Shown: piece by piece, positions 29,956-39,893 of the stretch | How positions within the stretch are numbered: position 1 is the stretch's first letter | Layout: each line of letters starts with the position of its first letter | From: a virus | Direction: 5' to 3' (one strand) | DNA length: 64,000 nucleotides | IMG/VR virus record: IMGVR_UViG_3300046534_001193 | Coordinates: 17,992 to 81,991 of that record | Translations under genes and position numbers: made by a program | Notes under the pieces: generated by a model | Database searches by the model: none | Seen by the model: only the letters and a program-made list of their open reading frames with translations | Told to the model about the DNA's origin: nothing

Positions 29956-30870
29956 GTGGTATCGAAGGTGGCGAGTGAACCTGTAAATAATTTTTGGGCT
30001 GACGGCTTCTGGGCTACTGGATTTTGGGCCGAAGGTTTTTGGGCAGGCGACGGGCTAGGTACTGATGTTACTGTTGGTCAGATAACTGAGTCTGAGACTT
30101 TATTTGGCTTAGCAGTTATACAAGGCACTACCGCTGTTACTGTTGGTCAGATAACTGAGTCTGAGACTTTATTTGTTTTAACGCCTGTACAAGGAGTAGC
30201 CAGTCTCGCTGTTGGGCAGGTAACTGAGTCTGAGGCTTTATTCGGCCTGACCGTTGCACAAGGTTTAGTCAGTGTTGATGTCGGACAATTAACTGAGTCC
30301 GAATTATTATTTAACTCCGCCGTTGTAACCGGAACTGCTAGTCTCGCAGTTGCACAGCTAACTGAGTCCGAGTTATTATTCGATTCTCAAGTTTTAAGCG
30401 GCTCGGTCAGTCTCAGTGTTGGACAAGTAACTGAGTCCGAGTCCTTATTCAGCTTAGCTGCGCAACTTGTAATTAGTGTTGATGTCGGACAGCTAACCGA
30501 GTCAGAGTCTATATTTGACTCGGCAATTGTGCCAGGCGCAACCAGTGTCACCGTTAGTCGGATAAACGAGTCTGAATTATTATTTGACTCCACTGTAAGC
30601 GGTTTGGTTATTGTCTCTGCTGGACAGCTAATTGAGTCCGAGTCTATATCAGGCTTAGCAGTTATAATAGGAGTCTCTAGCCCTGCTGCCGTACAAATAT
30701 CTGAGTCCGAGTTCATATTTGATTTAGTAGTTATAAAGGACTCGATTGACCCAAATGCCTTTAGGCCTTTCAGAACACTGTCTTTGGGCCTGACTCAAGA
30801 GGTTCTTTTCACTTGCAGCACTTTAGACGCACAATCGGGCAGCTGCAATATACTTAAGCGCTGTAGTTGA
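29956..30870 (+). CDS. repeat protein A: (FWAxG)x4 head plus ten 22-23-aa VxVGQxTESExLF repeats
   Basis: Repeats read directly from the translation; start may be GTG 29968. Confidence 0.8.
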   Translation: MVSKVASEPVNNFWADGFWATGFWAEGFWAGDGLGTDVTVGQITESETLFGLAVIQGTTAVTVGQITESETLFVLTPVQGVASLAVGQVTESEALFGLTVAQGLVSVDVGQLTESELLFNSAVVTGTASLAVAQLTESELLFDSQVLSGSVSLSVGQVTESESLFSLAAQLVISVDVGQLTESESIFDSAIVPGATSVTVSRINESELLFDSTVSGLVIVSAGQLIESESISGLAVIIGVSSPAAVQISESEFIFDLVVIKDSIDPNAFRPFRTLSLGLTQEVLFTCSTLDAQSGSCNILKRCS

Positions 30871-30942
30871 TCTGATGGTACTATTGCACATAGAAGCCTA
30901 ACGGTTGATCCGCCCTGCACAAATTATCAACAGGAGAACAAG

Positions 30943-31323
30943 ATGAAAGTACAAATATTAGCTAGGCCATCATCCGGCGGCAATAGAGCTTACGGGATGA
31001 AAATGTTGTCACCACCTAATACTGGCAAACACAACTTCCGAAAAGACTGGCTGGAAGAACATCGCCAGTTTATCACTAAAACTGACGAGCGAATTACCCT
31101 TCACACTGTTGATGGGGATATTAATTTTAAGGTAGATCATCTGCCTGGTCGTTACTGCCTGACCACAAACGAAAGATTGCCGGACGTGTCGAAAGACCCT
31201 AAAGCGGAAGCCTGTCGTGCGCATGTAGCGGCTCAAGAAAATGCCGTAAAAACTGAGCGATGGCCTCACGGCTACATGGTTGTTGCACCTAAAATGATCA
31301 ACACTACGATGGAACAAGTCTAA
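30943..31323 (+). CDS. hypothetical protein, possible assembly chaperone
   Basis: AGGAG RBS; soluble basic composition; coupled to next gene. Confidence 0.6.
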   Translation: MKVQILARPSSGGNRAYGMKMLSPPNTGKHNFRKDWLEEHRQFITKTDERITLHTVDGDINFKVDHLPGRYCLTTNERLPDVSKDPKAEACRAHVAAQENAVKTERWPHGYMVVAPKMINTTMEQV

Positions 31324-31796
31324 TGGCCAACATAATCCCTAATGAGTCGCTAGGACTTACGCGCCGTTACCTTCAAAATGTTGAAGATAATTCTCCAGCA
31401 GCAGCTCTTGTGCGTGTCCATGCATGGGTAATAACTGCGGCTGATACTAATATTATAGACATGACGGGTAACACTGTCCAAGCACTCGCGGCCTTAGCTG
31501 ACATAGCCGAGGCGACAAACACTGACTATACCAATCAATCCTTTGACGATGCTGATATAACAATTGATGTCAATGACGCCAACAACCGGATAGACATCAG
31601 TTACTCTGACTTGACTTTTACGAGTGTCGACGGCGGTGACGATTGGACACATATAACAGTGAGCTACGACGCTAGCGGGTCAGACACGGACGCCAATACG
31701 GAAGTGTTGCATGTGCTAGATTTTGTTGTGTCTCCTAATGGTGGCGATATTACTGTCGACTTCCCAGCGGTTTGCTACAGAATTGCGCAAGCTTAA
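31323..31796 (+). CDS. 157-aa virion structural beta protein (PNGGDITV C-terminal motif)
   Basis: Acidic beta-rich; motif recalled from phage minor structural proteins. Confidence 0.6.
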   Translation: MANIIPNESLGLTRRYLQNVEDNSPAAALVRVHAWVITAADTNIIDMTGNTVQALAALADIAEATNTDYTNQSFDDADITIDVNDANNRIDISYSDLTFTSVDGGDDWTHITVSYDASGSDTDANTEVLHVLDFVVSPNGGDITVDFPAVCYRIAQA

Positions 31797-31830
31797 CTGC
31801 GGGTTATGATAATTATAGGTTGGGTATTAG

Positions 31831-33681
31831 ATGGGCACATTAGCAGATAGAGTTAAGGAAACGTTTACCACTACGGGCGACGGCGATATTACGTTGGGTA
31901 ATCCGGTGGCTAACCATCAATCTATATATGAAGCCCAAGGCCTCAATGATCCTATCGAATATTTCTGGCAGGATGACGACAATGAAGCATGGGAGTCTGG
32001 GGTAGGGCAGCATACCACCACTACAAATTTCGAGCGCACAACAATAAAGAGCAATTCAAGCGGGACAACTGATCCGTTGGTCATTGGGTCTGGTACAAAA
32101 AGTATAATCTGCTCTCGAAGTGCAGTTACCATTGCTGAACTTTTCGACCAGAGCGTAGCAAGTGGCGCAAGCCCGAACTTTAATATTGCTAACATGACGT
32201 TAGACGATACTGATTTAGAGGTTGTTAACACTACCAACTTGCAAACATTTGCAGAAGAAGTAGATGATGCTTTGCGCAGGGCGAGAGGGACAGGAATCTC
32301 AACGACTTATGTCTCTACTGCCACAGCAGGGGGAACAACGTTTGACCAGCCAGCCGTAAAAGGTGAAATAACTAGTGATGAAGGTTATTTTAGAATTGTT
32401 TACGCAGGTGCTACAGGTGTACCAGTTGCGAACTTATCTGCTACTTCTACTTGGGTTTACATTGACAAAAACAGTGCATTGCAGCAACAAACTACTGCCC
32501 CAACTAGGCAAGACAGAACCAGAAAAGCATTTGTGATGCGTATTGGTGTTAACGTGTCTTCTAATGAGATAATTGGTTTTGAGTATGAGAATAACCCCAT
32601 AGGTCATTATGCTAACAGCCTGAGAGATTTGTACGAGTTTTTGCTGGTGCAAGGTGTGCCGTTCAAAAGAGACCAGATTGTAACGGGTAGGACAGACAAC
32701 CTTGGATTTGATGTGTCAGCAGGGAGTCTCTTAGAGTTCGGCGGTACAGGCGATATCAACAACCCAAACATTAAGAGTTTTGACTTAGTATCAAATGCAA
32801 GCTACAACTTGCTGTCAAGAACAGCACTTATATCATCCGAGACAAACCTCCCGACAGTTTGGGACAACGCTGGTTCTGTAATCGCATTAGGCTCTACAAC
32901 TTTTGCAGGTCATAGATTGTACAGATTTAGTTCTGGTAACTTCGCTATTCAGTACGGGCAAGGAAACTATGCAAACATAAATCTTGCAAGAACTGGAGTA
33001 AGGTTAGAAGATTACGTTTTAAACCCAGTGCTTAAAGACGCAACATTTTTTGGTTGGTGGCTTGTCGCTTTAGAGACGACAGCTACATCAGGAGTAGCAA
33101 ACGCAGAATTTGTTGAGTATACGATAGGAATACAGGGCGGCAGCTCCAGCGGTTTATCGGGTGCCGCGCTTAGGGGTAATAATCTTTCTGACTTGACGGA
33201 TGTAGACGCAGCAAAAACAAACATAGGACTTGGAACTGGCGACACTCCTGAGCTTGCAGGTGCGAATTTTACAGGTGATGTCAGTATAGAGGCTACAGGC
33301 ATAGTCGACATCCTAGGCGGCACCGTCAAGCTAAACAACGCTACCATGTCGGCAATACAAGTTACAATTGCTGATGATGGTGTTGCTACATTGACTTTTC
33401 CTAATCGCTCGTTTGGGGTGCTTAATATGACCGTGGGAAGCAATGCGACTAACGCCAGTAATTCAGACGTTTGTTTTATTGGCTACGTTTCTTTTGGCAC
33501 CAGCTCTAGTGTGAACGCTGCACTTACAGGGGCCGACGTTGAGACAAACATTGTAGACACTCTTGCAGGAGCAACCGGAACAGATGGGGCTGTCACTATA
33601 GGTTTGGCAGGGGTAAGCCGAACCTTATACATTGAAAACCGCCAAGGCTACGGTATAACCCTTAACATAACTCTACTCTAA
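31831..33681 (+). CDS. fibre-like protein (616 aa)
   Basis: LADRVKETFTTTG N-terminal module and NNLSDLTDVDAAKTNIGL fibre motif. Confidence 0.7.
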   Translation: MGTLADRVKETFTTTGDGDITLGNPVANHQSIYEAQGLNDPIEYFWQDDDNEAWESGVGQHTTTTNFERTTIKSNSSGTTDPLVIGSGTKSIICSRSAVTIAELFDQSVASGASPNFNIANMTLDDTDLEVVNTTNLQTFAEEVDDALRRARGTGISTTYVSTATAGGTTFDQPAVKGEITSDEGYFRIVYAGATGVPVANLSATSTWVYIDKNSALQQQTTAPTRQDRTRKAFVMRIGVNVSSNEIIGFEYENNPIGHYANSLRDLYEFLLVQGVPFKRDQIVTGRTDNLGFDVSAGSLLEFGGTGDINNPNIKSFDLVSNASYNLLSRTALISSETNLPTVWDNAGSVIALGSTTFAGHRLYRFSSGNFAIQYGQGNYANINLARTGVRLEDYVLNPVLKDATFFGWWLVALETTATSGVANAEFVEYTIGIQGGSSSGLSGAALRGNNLSDLTDVDAAKTNIGLGTGDTPELAGANFTGDVSIEATGIVDILGGTVKLNNATMSAIQVTIADDGVATLTFPNRSFGVLNMTVGSNATNASNSDVCFIGYVSFGTSSSVNAALTGADVETNIVDTLAGATGTDGAVTIGLAGVSRTLYIENRQGYGITLNITLL

Positions 33682-33690
33682 GGAAATAAA

Positions 33691-33861
33691 ATGCAACCTA
33701 AATACACAGCACAACGGCTCGCCGACACCACCAATGGTTGGGTAGTTACAGAAATAGAAAATGAAAAAAAGAGTGTTGTATTCTGTAACACGTTGTCAAA
33801 TACAGCTGAAGATGCCGTGGAACTTATCGAAGAAAGCCTAAATACTGATGAACCCACTTAA
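33691..33861 (+). CDS. 56-aa protein not in ORF track; possible fibre chaperone
   Basis: AAGGA RBS; MQPKYTAQRLADTTNGWVVTE...DEPT*. Confidence 0.6.
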   Translation: MQPKYTAQRLADTTNGWVVTEIENEKKSVVFCNTLSNTAEDAVELIEESLNTDEPT

Positions 33862-33894
33862 CCAAAGCCTAAGCGCTACAGGCAATAATACGCT

Positions 33895-34356
33895 ATGAGT
33901 TTAGGCTTCGCCCCTTTAGGCACCTTGCCCCTTGGCGGTCAAGTTGTTGACCCTAGCCCACAATCGGTTGCTGTATACCAGCTAACCGAAAGCGAAGCGC
34001 TATTTAGTTCTTCTGCTGTCCCAGGTGTCACCAGCATAGCGGCATCATTAGCCAGCGAACAAGAAACTTTATTTGACTTGGCAGTAGCTACAGCGATATC
34101 AATTAGCTCAGTCCAAGTAGACGAAAATGAATCTTTATTTGACTTGGCAGTATCTCATGGAGCCTTTAGTGTAGCTACTTCTCAAATAACTGAGTCAGAA
34201 TCCTTATTTGATTTGTCAGTATCTGAGGGTGGCTTCGGTAAAGCTGCCTCACAGATTACCGAAAGTGAGTCATTGCTGGCAGCAACAGCGCGAATATCTT
34301 TCCTAGGAAAAACAGTTTACGCGACTTTAAGTATATCCAGACACATCTCATTTTAA
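33895..34356 (+). CDS. repeat protein B: LGFAPLG head plus five 22-23-aa QxTESExLF repeats
   Basis: Same repeat consensus as 29956-30870. Confidence 0.8.
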   Translation: MSLGFAPLGTLPLGGQVVDPSPQSVAVYQLTESEALFSSSAVPGVTSIAASLASEQETLFDLAVATAISISSVQVDENESLFDLAVSHGAFSVATSQITESESLFDLSVSEGGFGKAASQITESESLLAATARISFLGKTVYATLSISRHISF

Positions 34357-34458
34357 GTGAGAATGTTCCAGTGATAAGCGACTCGCCTATAGAGACTAAG
34401 TTGCTAGACTGAAGGAATTAAAGTATCCTTGTTTTTAACGCTAATCTAGCAGGGCCAA

Positions 34459-34773
34459 ATGTCGACAATAACTGGTGAGATACACGTCAACTCCGTAGGC
34501 ACAGTCTTCGAAATAACCTTAATCGAAAACGGCACAGCAGTACCTATAGCCACTGCCACGACCTTAACGATAACTTTTAAGAAGGCTACAGGCGCTACTA
34601 TTAGTCGTGCGGCCGCATTGTCTACGGACGGATTTGACGGCAAGATGAGTTACGCTACTATCAGCGGAGACTTAGACGTTGACGGTTCATGGATGTTACA
34701 AGCGTACATAGCCATGCCCAGCTGGCAGGGTTACTCCAGTATTGGGGAATTTGAAGTTTTGGGAAATCTTTAG
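34459..34773 (+). CDS. small Ig-like structural protein (BppU N-terminal-like)
   Basis: DGKMSY..GDLDVDGSW.LQAY motif. Confidence 0.65.
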   Translation: MSTITGEIHVNSVGTVFEITLIENGTAVPIATATTLTITFKKATGATISRAAALSTDGFDGKMSYATISGDLDVDGSWMLQAYIAMPSWQGYSSIGEFEVLGNL

Positions 34774-34783
34774 GAGAAAAATC

Positions 34784-35014
34784 ATGTTAGAACAAATAAA
34801 AGAAAGCTTGGCGCAGTTTCAAAAAGAGAAAGGCACTGAGCTGTCGCTTCGAGACAATCAAGGCATTGCCAAGATAAACTCGGAGTTAGGATTGTTAGCT
34901 GAGCGTCACGAAAAAGAGCCGGTTAAAGTAAGTTCTGAGCTGGAGCTACTAACCGGTGAAGGCAAAAAACAGCCCGCTAAAAGTCTGCGGGCTAATAAGC
35001 ACGGGGTTATTTAA
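34784..35014 (+). CDS. hypothetical protein
   Basis: AGGAG RBS before ATG 34784; internal repeat K.(N/S)SEL.LL. Confidence 0.6.
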   Translation: MLEQIKESLAQFQKEKGTELSLRDNQGIAKINSELGLLAERHEKEPVKVSSELELLTGEGKKQPAKSLRANKHGVI

Positions 35015-35275
35015 TTACAGTTCTACCGCCCCAACTGCATTCCACTGGCTAGGCATGTCGTCTACATACTGCTCTAGCACGTCACTGCCCACCGTCTGAT
35101 CGTAGTAGCAAGCTGTGGCTGGGGCAGTAGGTGTTCCGACCATGGCCGCCAATTCCCTGCCTCTGTCTTCGGCTATTGATTCTGTGTCATATACGCAATC
35201 GATTATTGCATGCCTGTTTATGACTGGCAGCCACCCAAAACAGCGTATTTTACCTTCGCTTGTAAATTCAATCAT
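35015..35275 (-). CDS. hypothetical protein
   Basis: GGAG RBS; last gene of the left-transcribed arm. Confidence 0.6.
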   Translation of the reverse strand: MIEFTSEGKIRCFGWLPVINRHAIIDCVYDTESIAEDRGRELAAMVGTPTAPATACYYDQTVGSDVLEQYVDDMPSQWNAVGAVEL

Positions 35276-35289
35276 TACTACTCTCCATT

Positions 35290-37428
35290 TTAAAGTTCGA
35301 CTATATTGGTGGCAACGCCTTTGTCGGACTCTCTGTGAGTTACCATAAGTACCTGTTCATTGCCGAGAAGGGCGCCTGACAATCTCATGGCGGGCTCTTC
35401 TCGCATTGCCTCTGTAGGTTCATCCAGCACCACAAGGGCACAGGAGCTGCGCAAAGACTTCGCCAATGCTAATCTGACAGCTACGCCTATGAAGCCTCTC
35501 TGCATGCCAGACGCACTCTCTACCGGTGCAAATACACCATCTTCACAATACATAAAGCCTTCTTTTTCCGATCGCATCAGTGCAGTGATACTGTTATTAG
35601 TCGATTGCATCAGAAATCCTGAAGCCGCACCGAGTATGTTAGCCCATACTGAGGTCAGGAACCTAGAACGAGAGTCTTTCAAGTATTGTACAAAGTCTGA
35701 CAAAGTTTTGACTTTACCTAGCTTTTCTTGGAATTCCAGTTCATCAGCCAAAGCCTTGCCTAGCTCTTTGATTTCCGTAGCCATCTCAGACAGCTGAATC
35801 TTCGCACCGTTTATAAGGTCTCTCGATTGGTTGAAATCAACTTCAAATTGCTTTATCTCATCCCGCAAGGTTTGAAGGGCAAGTTGACCTACGACTGGTA
35901 AAGACAATCCGTGTAGCTGCGCCAAGTCGGCATTGGCTGCTTTGATGCCTTCCTCCGCACTTGCCAGCTTAGCCGCATTATCATTTATCTGCTTTTGCAG
36001 GGAGGTTGCTAAAGTTTGAGACTTTCTGTCGTTCTGCAATAGCTTAGACTCGGCACCGGTATCAGTCCAAATAGCAGTTTCTAAGTAGGCATCATTTTCT
36101 GCAATACGCTCTTCCCAATCCAATTGCCGCTTGTGCCAGCCTTTGTAGTACGTGTCGTAATCCTGCTCTTCGGCGTCAAATATAGGCTTGGCGATAGCTG
36201 CCTTATCTTCTATCTCTGCCAGCTTGGCCAGCAATGGTTTTAGAGAGTCTTTAGCTGATTGCAGCTCTTCTACGTGCGCAGCCTTTGACTCTTCACTGAC
36301 AATGCTCTGCTTACAGGCTGAGCAAACGCCTGAGGCTAAGGCTTGTTCGGTTGCAGTTACAAGGGATTGGGCACTTTTAGCTTCAGGGGATATTTTTGCG
36401 TAATCCTCGCGCAATTGGTCTACAACTGCTTTAGCTTTGGTAACTTTGTTGGATAGCTCATTGTCATTGATAATTCCAGCTTTGCAATTTCCTAAGACCT
36501 CCTTAAACTTCTCAGAGCTTTCCTTTACTCGGGCTATCTCTGTATTGGTTGCAATAGCTTTATTGTTATTTCGCTCACGTTGATCAAGATCTTCTTCGCT
36601 TGCTATTTCGCCTAGTTCAGCCAGCTCAGCAGCCAGACTTTTAGCAGTTGCACTGTACAATGCTTCTGAGGCTATAGCGCTTCCTAAAGTATTTTCAGCT
36701 ACCGCAATGTCCCGAGTATTCTGCTCAGCCTTCTGGTTGCCTTGTTCACCGGCTTCTAAATGTCGCTGCGATATAGCCTTGGAAGCTGTCGTTTTAGCAG
36801 AGTCGTCTTCCTCTTCTGCGATGTTTTTAGCTAATTCAGCATGTTCAGCTGTGACTTCTTTTGTTCGGGACTCGATTTCGGCTGCGCTGCTAGTAACTCG
36901 ACTCTCCGAAAACGAATCAGTATCGCGCTTCAAATCTCGCAAGTCGGTGCCAGCCAGCTTAATCATTTCGTCAATGAACTCGACGCCCGAGAACCTCTCT
37001 ACGTCGCGCTGCAGCTGAGTTGAACCGATAGTTAGCAACGCTGATGTCTCGCCTTGTGCTGACCAGTTCAGCATTCTGAAACCTTTCAGGTCGGTGCCTG
37101 TTATATTTTCTTCAATGTAGGCTGAGCAGACGGAGTTACCAGTGGCAACCGGTGTGTTATCGACTAACACTTTGCAATTCTTCAAGGTGCGAATGATTGT
37201 ATATTGAGCCATAACTACTATTACTTCACAGTCTTTCTCTCCCCAAGTCGGAATCTTGTCGGCGCTACCTGGTACAGCTTTGACGCCAAACAAGGCAAAC
37301 ATCAGCGCTTGGGTAACCGTAGTCTTACCCTTGGCGTTGTCACCGCAGATAATGTTCAAGTCTGGCGTGAAGTCGAAGTGTCCACTAGCCAGCTTCTTAA
37401 AGTTTTTAGTTGTGATAGATTTTAACAT
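35290..37428 (-). CDS. SbcC/Rad50-like ATPase subunit of recombination nuclease
   Basis: GDNAKGKT Walker A, coiled coils, CSAC zinc hook, ASGMQ signature, VLDEP, VTH. Confidence 0.93.
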   Translation of the reverse strand: MLKSITTKNFKKLASGHFDFTPDLNIICGDNAKGKTTVTQALMFALFGVKAVPGSADKIPTWGEKDCEVIVVMAQYTIIRTLKNCKVLVDNTPVATGNSVCSAYIEENITGTDLKGFRMLNWSAQGETSALLTIGSTQLQRDVERFSGVEFIDEMIKLAGTDLRDLKRDTDSFSESRVTSSAAEIESRTKEVTAEHAELAKNIAEEEDDSAKTTASKAISQRHLEAGEQGNQKAEQNTRDIAVAENTLGSAIASEALYSATAKSLAAELAELGEIASEEDLDQRERNNNKAIATNTEIARVKESSEKFKEVLGNCKAGIINDNELSNKVTKAKAVVDQLREDYAKISPEAKSAQSLVTATEQALASGVCSACKQSIVSEESKAAHVEELQSAKDSLKPLLAKLAEIEDKAAIAKPIFDAEEQDYDTYYKGWHKRQLDWEERIAENDAYLETAIWTDTGAESKLLQNDRKSQTLATSLQKQINDNAAKLASAEEGIKAANADLAQLHGLSLPVVGQLALQTLRDEIKQFEVDFNQSRDLINGAKIQLSEMATEIKELGKALADELEFQEKLGKVKTLSDFVQYLKDSRSRFLTSVWANILGAASGFLMQSTNNSITALMRSEKEGFMYCEDGVFAPVESASGMQRGFIGVAVRLALAKSLRSSCALVVLDEPTEAMREEPAMRLSGALLGNEQVLMVTHRESDKGVATNIVEL

Positions 37429-38459
37429 TGCACTAGCCCTCTGTAATATTCATAAGTTTCTTCCAGATCCCCGCCCTTAAGCTGTTCGGCAATAACCTCT
37501 GGCAGCTTGTCAAAGTCGACCGTCTCAATTACTTGGTGGTCTTCACTGACAATGCGAACACTGTTGCGAATCATTAATACGCCTGGGTGCTGCCAATAGT
37601 GCTTAATAGCCTCAGCTAATTGCACACCTTTGTCAGCTGTTATTTCACCTTTGATATCGACGATTGTAGTCGTAGCATTTAGCTCTGGCAGCAAGTCTTC
37701 TGCGTTAAAGTCGATCTCTTGGTAGCAGGTCTCCATAGACCAAATCAAAGTCTTGTCTAGACTGGTAGGCGTCAAATCGTAGTAATACTTATCAGAGATG
37801 TCTGAAAAGCTGGTAGGGTGAGTGCAACCACAGATGACTAGTCTGCCGCCGAGCAATTGCCGAGGCTGATGCTCGTGCCCGAGAAAGATGTAGTCGCAGA
37901 TTGTTAGCAACTTCTCTGCTTGCACCTTAGTCAGATTAAGGCTGGTGTCGAGGCCTTGTGTGTGGCCATTCTCATAGTTGCAATGTAAGAAGACTGCGCG
38001 AAAGGTTGACTCGTCATGTGCATAATCCATCGACTCTAAGGCTGCGTCAAATAGCTCCTGCGAGCCGTGGTGAGGTACAAAGGCCAAAGACATGCCTTCA
38101 AGTTCACCGTACTCGACGTGATGGCTGGCGAAGTCAGGATTGATAAGAAAGCTAGTTTCGGGCAACATCTCTGCCAATAGATCCAGAGAACTAACACTTT
38201 CAGCTACATTTAAGCTGTCGTGGTTGCCCGCCAGTACAACATCGTAGTGCTTAGCCACCTTGGCAGCTTTTAATATATCGGCTTCTGAATTGGAGTAAGT
38301 GTCGAAAAGATCGCCTACGCAAACTTTCGCTTTCGGCTTGCCTGCGGTTACTGAGTGTAAGGCATTGTAGTGGATAGCCTCGGCCAATGCGGCTCGGGAG
38401 GCTTTGGTTGTATGTGACTTACGTTGCAGAGCCAAGTGTGGATCAGTGGATATTCTCAT
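37422..38459 (-). CDS. SbcD/Mre11-like nuclease subunit
   Basis: DPH, GDLFD, GNHD, GHEH metallophosphoesterase motifs. Confidence 0.93.
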   Translation of the reverse strand: MRISTDPHLALQRKSHTTKASRAALAEAIHYNALHSVTAGKPKAKVCVGDLFDTYSNSEADILKAAKVAKHYDVVLAGNHDSLNVAESVSSLDLLAEMLPETSFLINPDFASHHVEYGELEGMSLAFVPHHGSQELFDAALESMDYAHDESTFRAVFLHCNYENGHTQGLDTSLNLTKVQAEKLLTICDYIFLGHEHQPRQLLGGRLVICGCTHPTSFSDISDKYYYDLTPTSLDKTLIWSMETCYQEIDFNAEDLLPELNATTTIVDIKGEITADKGVQLAEAIKHYWQHPGVLMIRNSVRIVSEDHQVIETVDFDKLPEVIAEQLKGGDLEETYEYYRGLVQC

Positions 38460-38818
38460 TTTATTTCCTTAGTCGGTAGTTGTACGGATTTCAGAAGGAT
38501 ATCCCCTGCGTCAAAACTCCAAGTGTCTACGCTGACCAGCCTAACTCCGAAATCGTCATTCAGAGCAGCCCACCCCTCAGCTTCTGCGAAATACGCAACA
38601 ATGCCAGATAGGCTGCGACTTTGAGACAGAGGTAGGATTTCTTGAGCTAGTGACCTCAAGTATGCCTTTTCAATGTCTCCGCCAAGTTCGTCCTCAATTC
38701 TTTCAGTGCCGCCAGCCCAGAACAAAAGCTGGTCTTTCATCCACTGCAAAGTATTTTCGTTGTAATTTATTTCTACAACTGCATCCCACCATTCGTAGTT
38801 AAGTGACACTCTTTTCAT
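38456..38818 (-). CDS. hypothetical phage protein (DUF2528-like)
   Basis: FWAGG.ERI, EGWAAL motifs; AGGA RBS. Confidence 0.5.
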   Translation of the reverse strand: MKRVSLNYEWWDAVVEINYNENTLQWMKDQLLFWAGGTERIEDELGGDIEKAYLRSLAQEILPLSQSRSLSGIVAYFAEAEGWAALNDDFGVRLVSVDTWSFDAGDILLKSVQLPTKEIK

Positions 38819-38863
38819 TTTTATTTCCTAGTTAATCTTAGTTAATCGTCAATTTCAGACGGG

Positions 38864-38893
38864 ATAGTAGCCTAGCGGTTAAGTGTTTGTCAA
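38864..38893 (-). promoter_or_regulatory. sigma70 promoter
   Basis: TTGACA-18bp-TACTAT on minus strand. Confidence 0.65.
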
Positions 38894-39360
38894 CAAGTTA
38901 TCTCGGACGCGTCTATAATTGTATCTTTAATAGTTTTTATGTCGCCTTGTGCGAGCAAATAAGCATTCTTCGGAAACCTGCCACCTTTTGCTCTGGCTAC
39001 AGCAATGTGGAGCCCGTCCCAAATATCCACCCTTCCAGTATCGTAGTGGCAGAACATGACCCAAGAAGGCAAGCCAGCCCTGTGCCACATACGGTGAAAA
39101 GCGGCTTGGTCCTTGGACCAGAGACTAGAGAAGCCGCTACTCAAAGAGTCATACTTCGCAGAACACTTAGCTTCAATAAGGATTGCAAGACCGTCAATCG
39201 CTAGCAGGAAGTCGCCTGGCTGGGCGGGCAGTATATTTCTGGCCGCCCGCGTGTCGGGATATCTGTGGAAAGTCGATTTTCTTTCCGACTCTGTCTCTTT
39301 CAGTGCGTCTTGGATTTTGCCTTCGAACCATTTACCTATGTCGTTGCTTTGATTAGTCAT
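38890..39360 (-). CDS. PD-(D/E)xK Holliday-junction resolvase (RecU/Hjc-like)
   Basis: GKWFE, PGDF, IEAK; probable start MTNQSND at 39360. Confidence 0.8.
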   Translation of the reverse strand: MTNQSNDIGKWFEGKIQDALKETESERKSTFHRYPDTRAARNILPAQPGDFLLAIDGLAILIEAKCSAKYDSLSSGFSSLWSKDQAAFHRMWHRAGLPSWVMFCHYDTGRVDIWDGLHIAVARAKGGRFPKNAYLLAQGDIKTIKDTIIDASEITC

Positions 39361-39592
39361 CGGCCTTCCACACAAGTTTTTCCATAAATTTAACAGCGAA
39401 ATAGGCGTAGCGTGTAGGGTTAACCGCCCCTGTAAAAAGCAATACTACCGTGGTGTCGGTTATTTCTACAATCTTACAGAGCTTTGGGCAAGTGTTAATC
39501 GTTATCGGCTCTATCTGTACCAACCAATAATCACCTAACCCTACATCTGCAAATTCGGGCGGGTACTTGTGTATTCTGGTTTTCTTTGTCAT
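39353..39592 (-). CDS. small beta protein, paralog of 39638-39868
   Basis: Alignable with neighbour (G.xW.xQ...CxIVExT...VL.F.G...F.E.L); shared leader. Confidence 0.65.
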   Translation of the reverse strand: MTKKTRIHKYPPEFADVGLGDYWLVQIEPITINTCPKLCKIVEITDTTVVLLFTGAVNPTRYAYFAVKFMEKLVWKADD

Positions 39593-39637
39593 TACTATTC
39601 TCCAATTTTAATAAAATTAGTAAGGTTGGGCTGCCCA

Positions 39638-39868
39638 CTACATCCTGAGCCTTTCAATAAATCTAAGTGATACAAAAGTGTGCTTAGTATTGTTATTCGA
39701 ACCTGCAAAAAACAAGACTAAAGTGTTGCCAGTTTTTTCTACAATTAAACACTTCTTTGGGGGAGTCTCACTTGTTATCGGTGCTACTGGAATTTCCTGA
39801 ATTATCCAAACCTGTCCAACTTCAATTTCAGATAGCTCTGGCGATTGATCGGGTATTCTAGTTGACAT
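39638..39868 (-). CDS. small beta protein, paralog of 39353-39592
   Basis: As above; GGAG RBS. Confidence 0.65.
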   Translation of the reverse strand: MSTRIPDQSPELSEIEVGQVWIIQEIPVAPITSETPPKKCLIVEKTGNTLVLFFAGSNNNTKHTFVSLRFIERLRM

Positions 39869-39893
39869 TACTATTCTCCAATCCTAATAAAAG

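Noticed and set aside
30060-30730. Regularly spaced actgagtc(t/c)gag motifs as CRISPR or iterons
   Set aside because: The 66-69-bp period and third-position variation show they encode the TESE protein repeat.
418-33443. Minus-strand ORFs inside structural genes (e.g. 4404-4916, 13210-13652, 19659-20069)
   Set aside because: Antisense shadows of Ala/Ser/Thr-rich genes, fully overlapped, lacking RBS.
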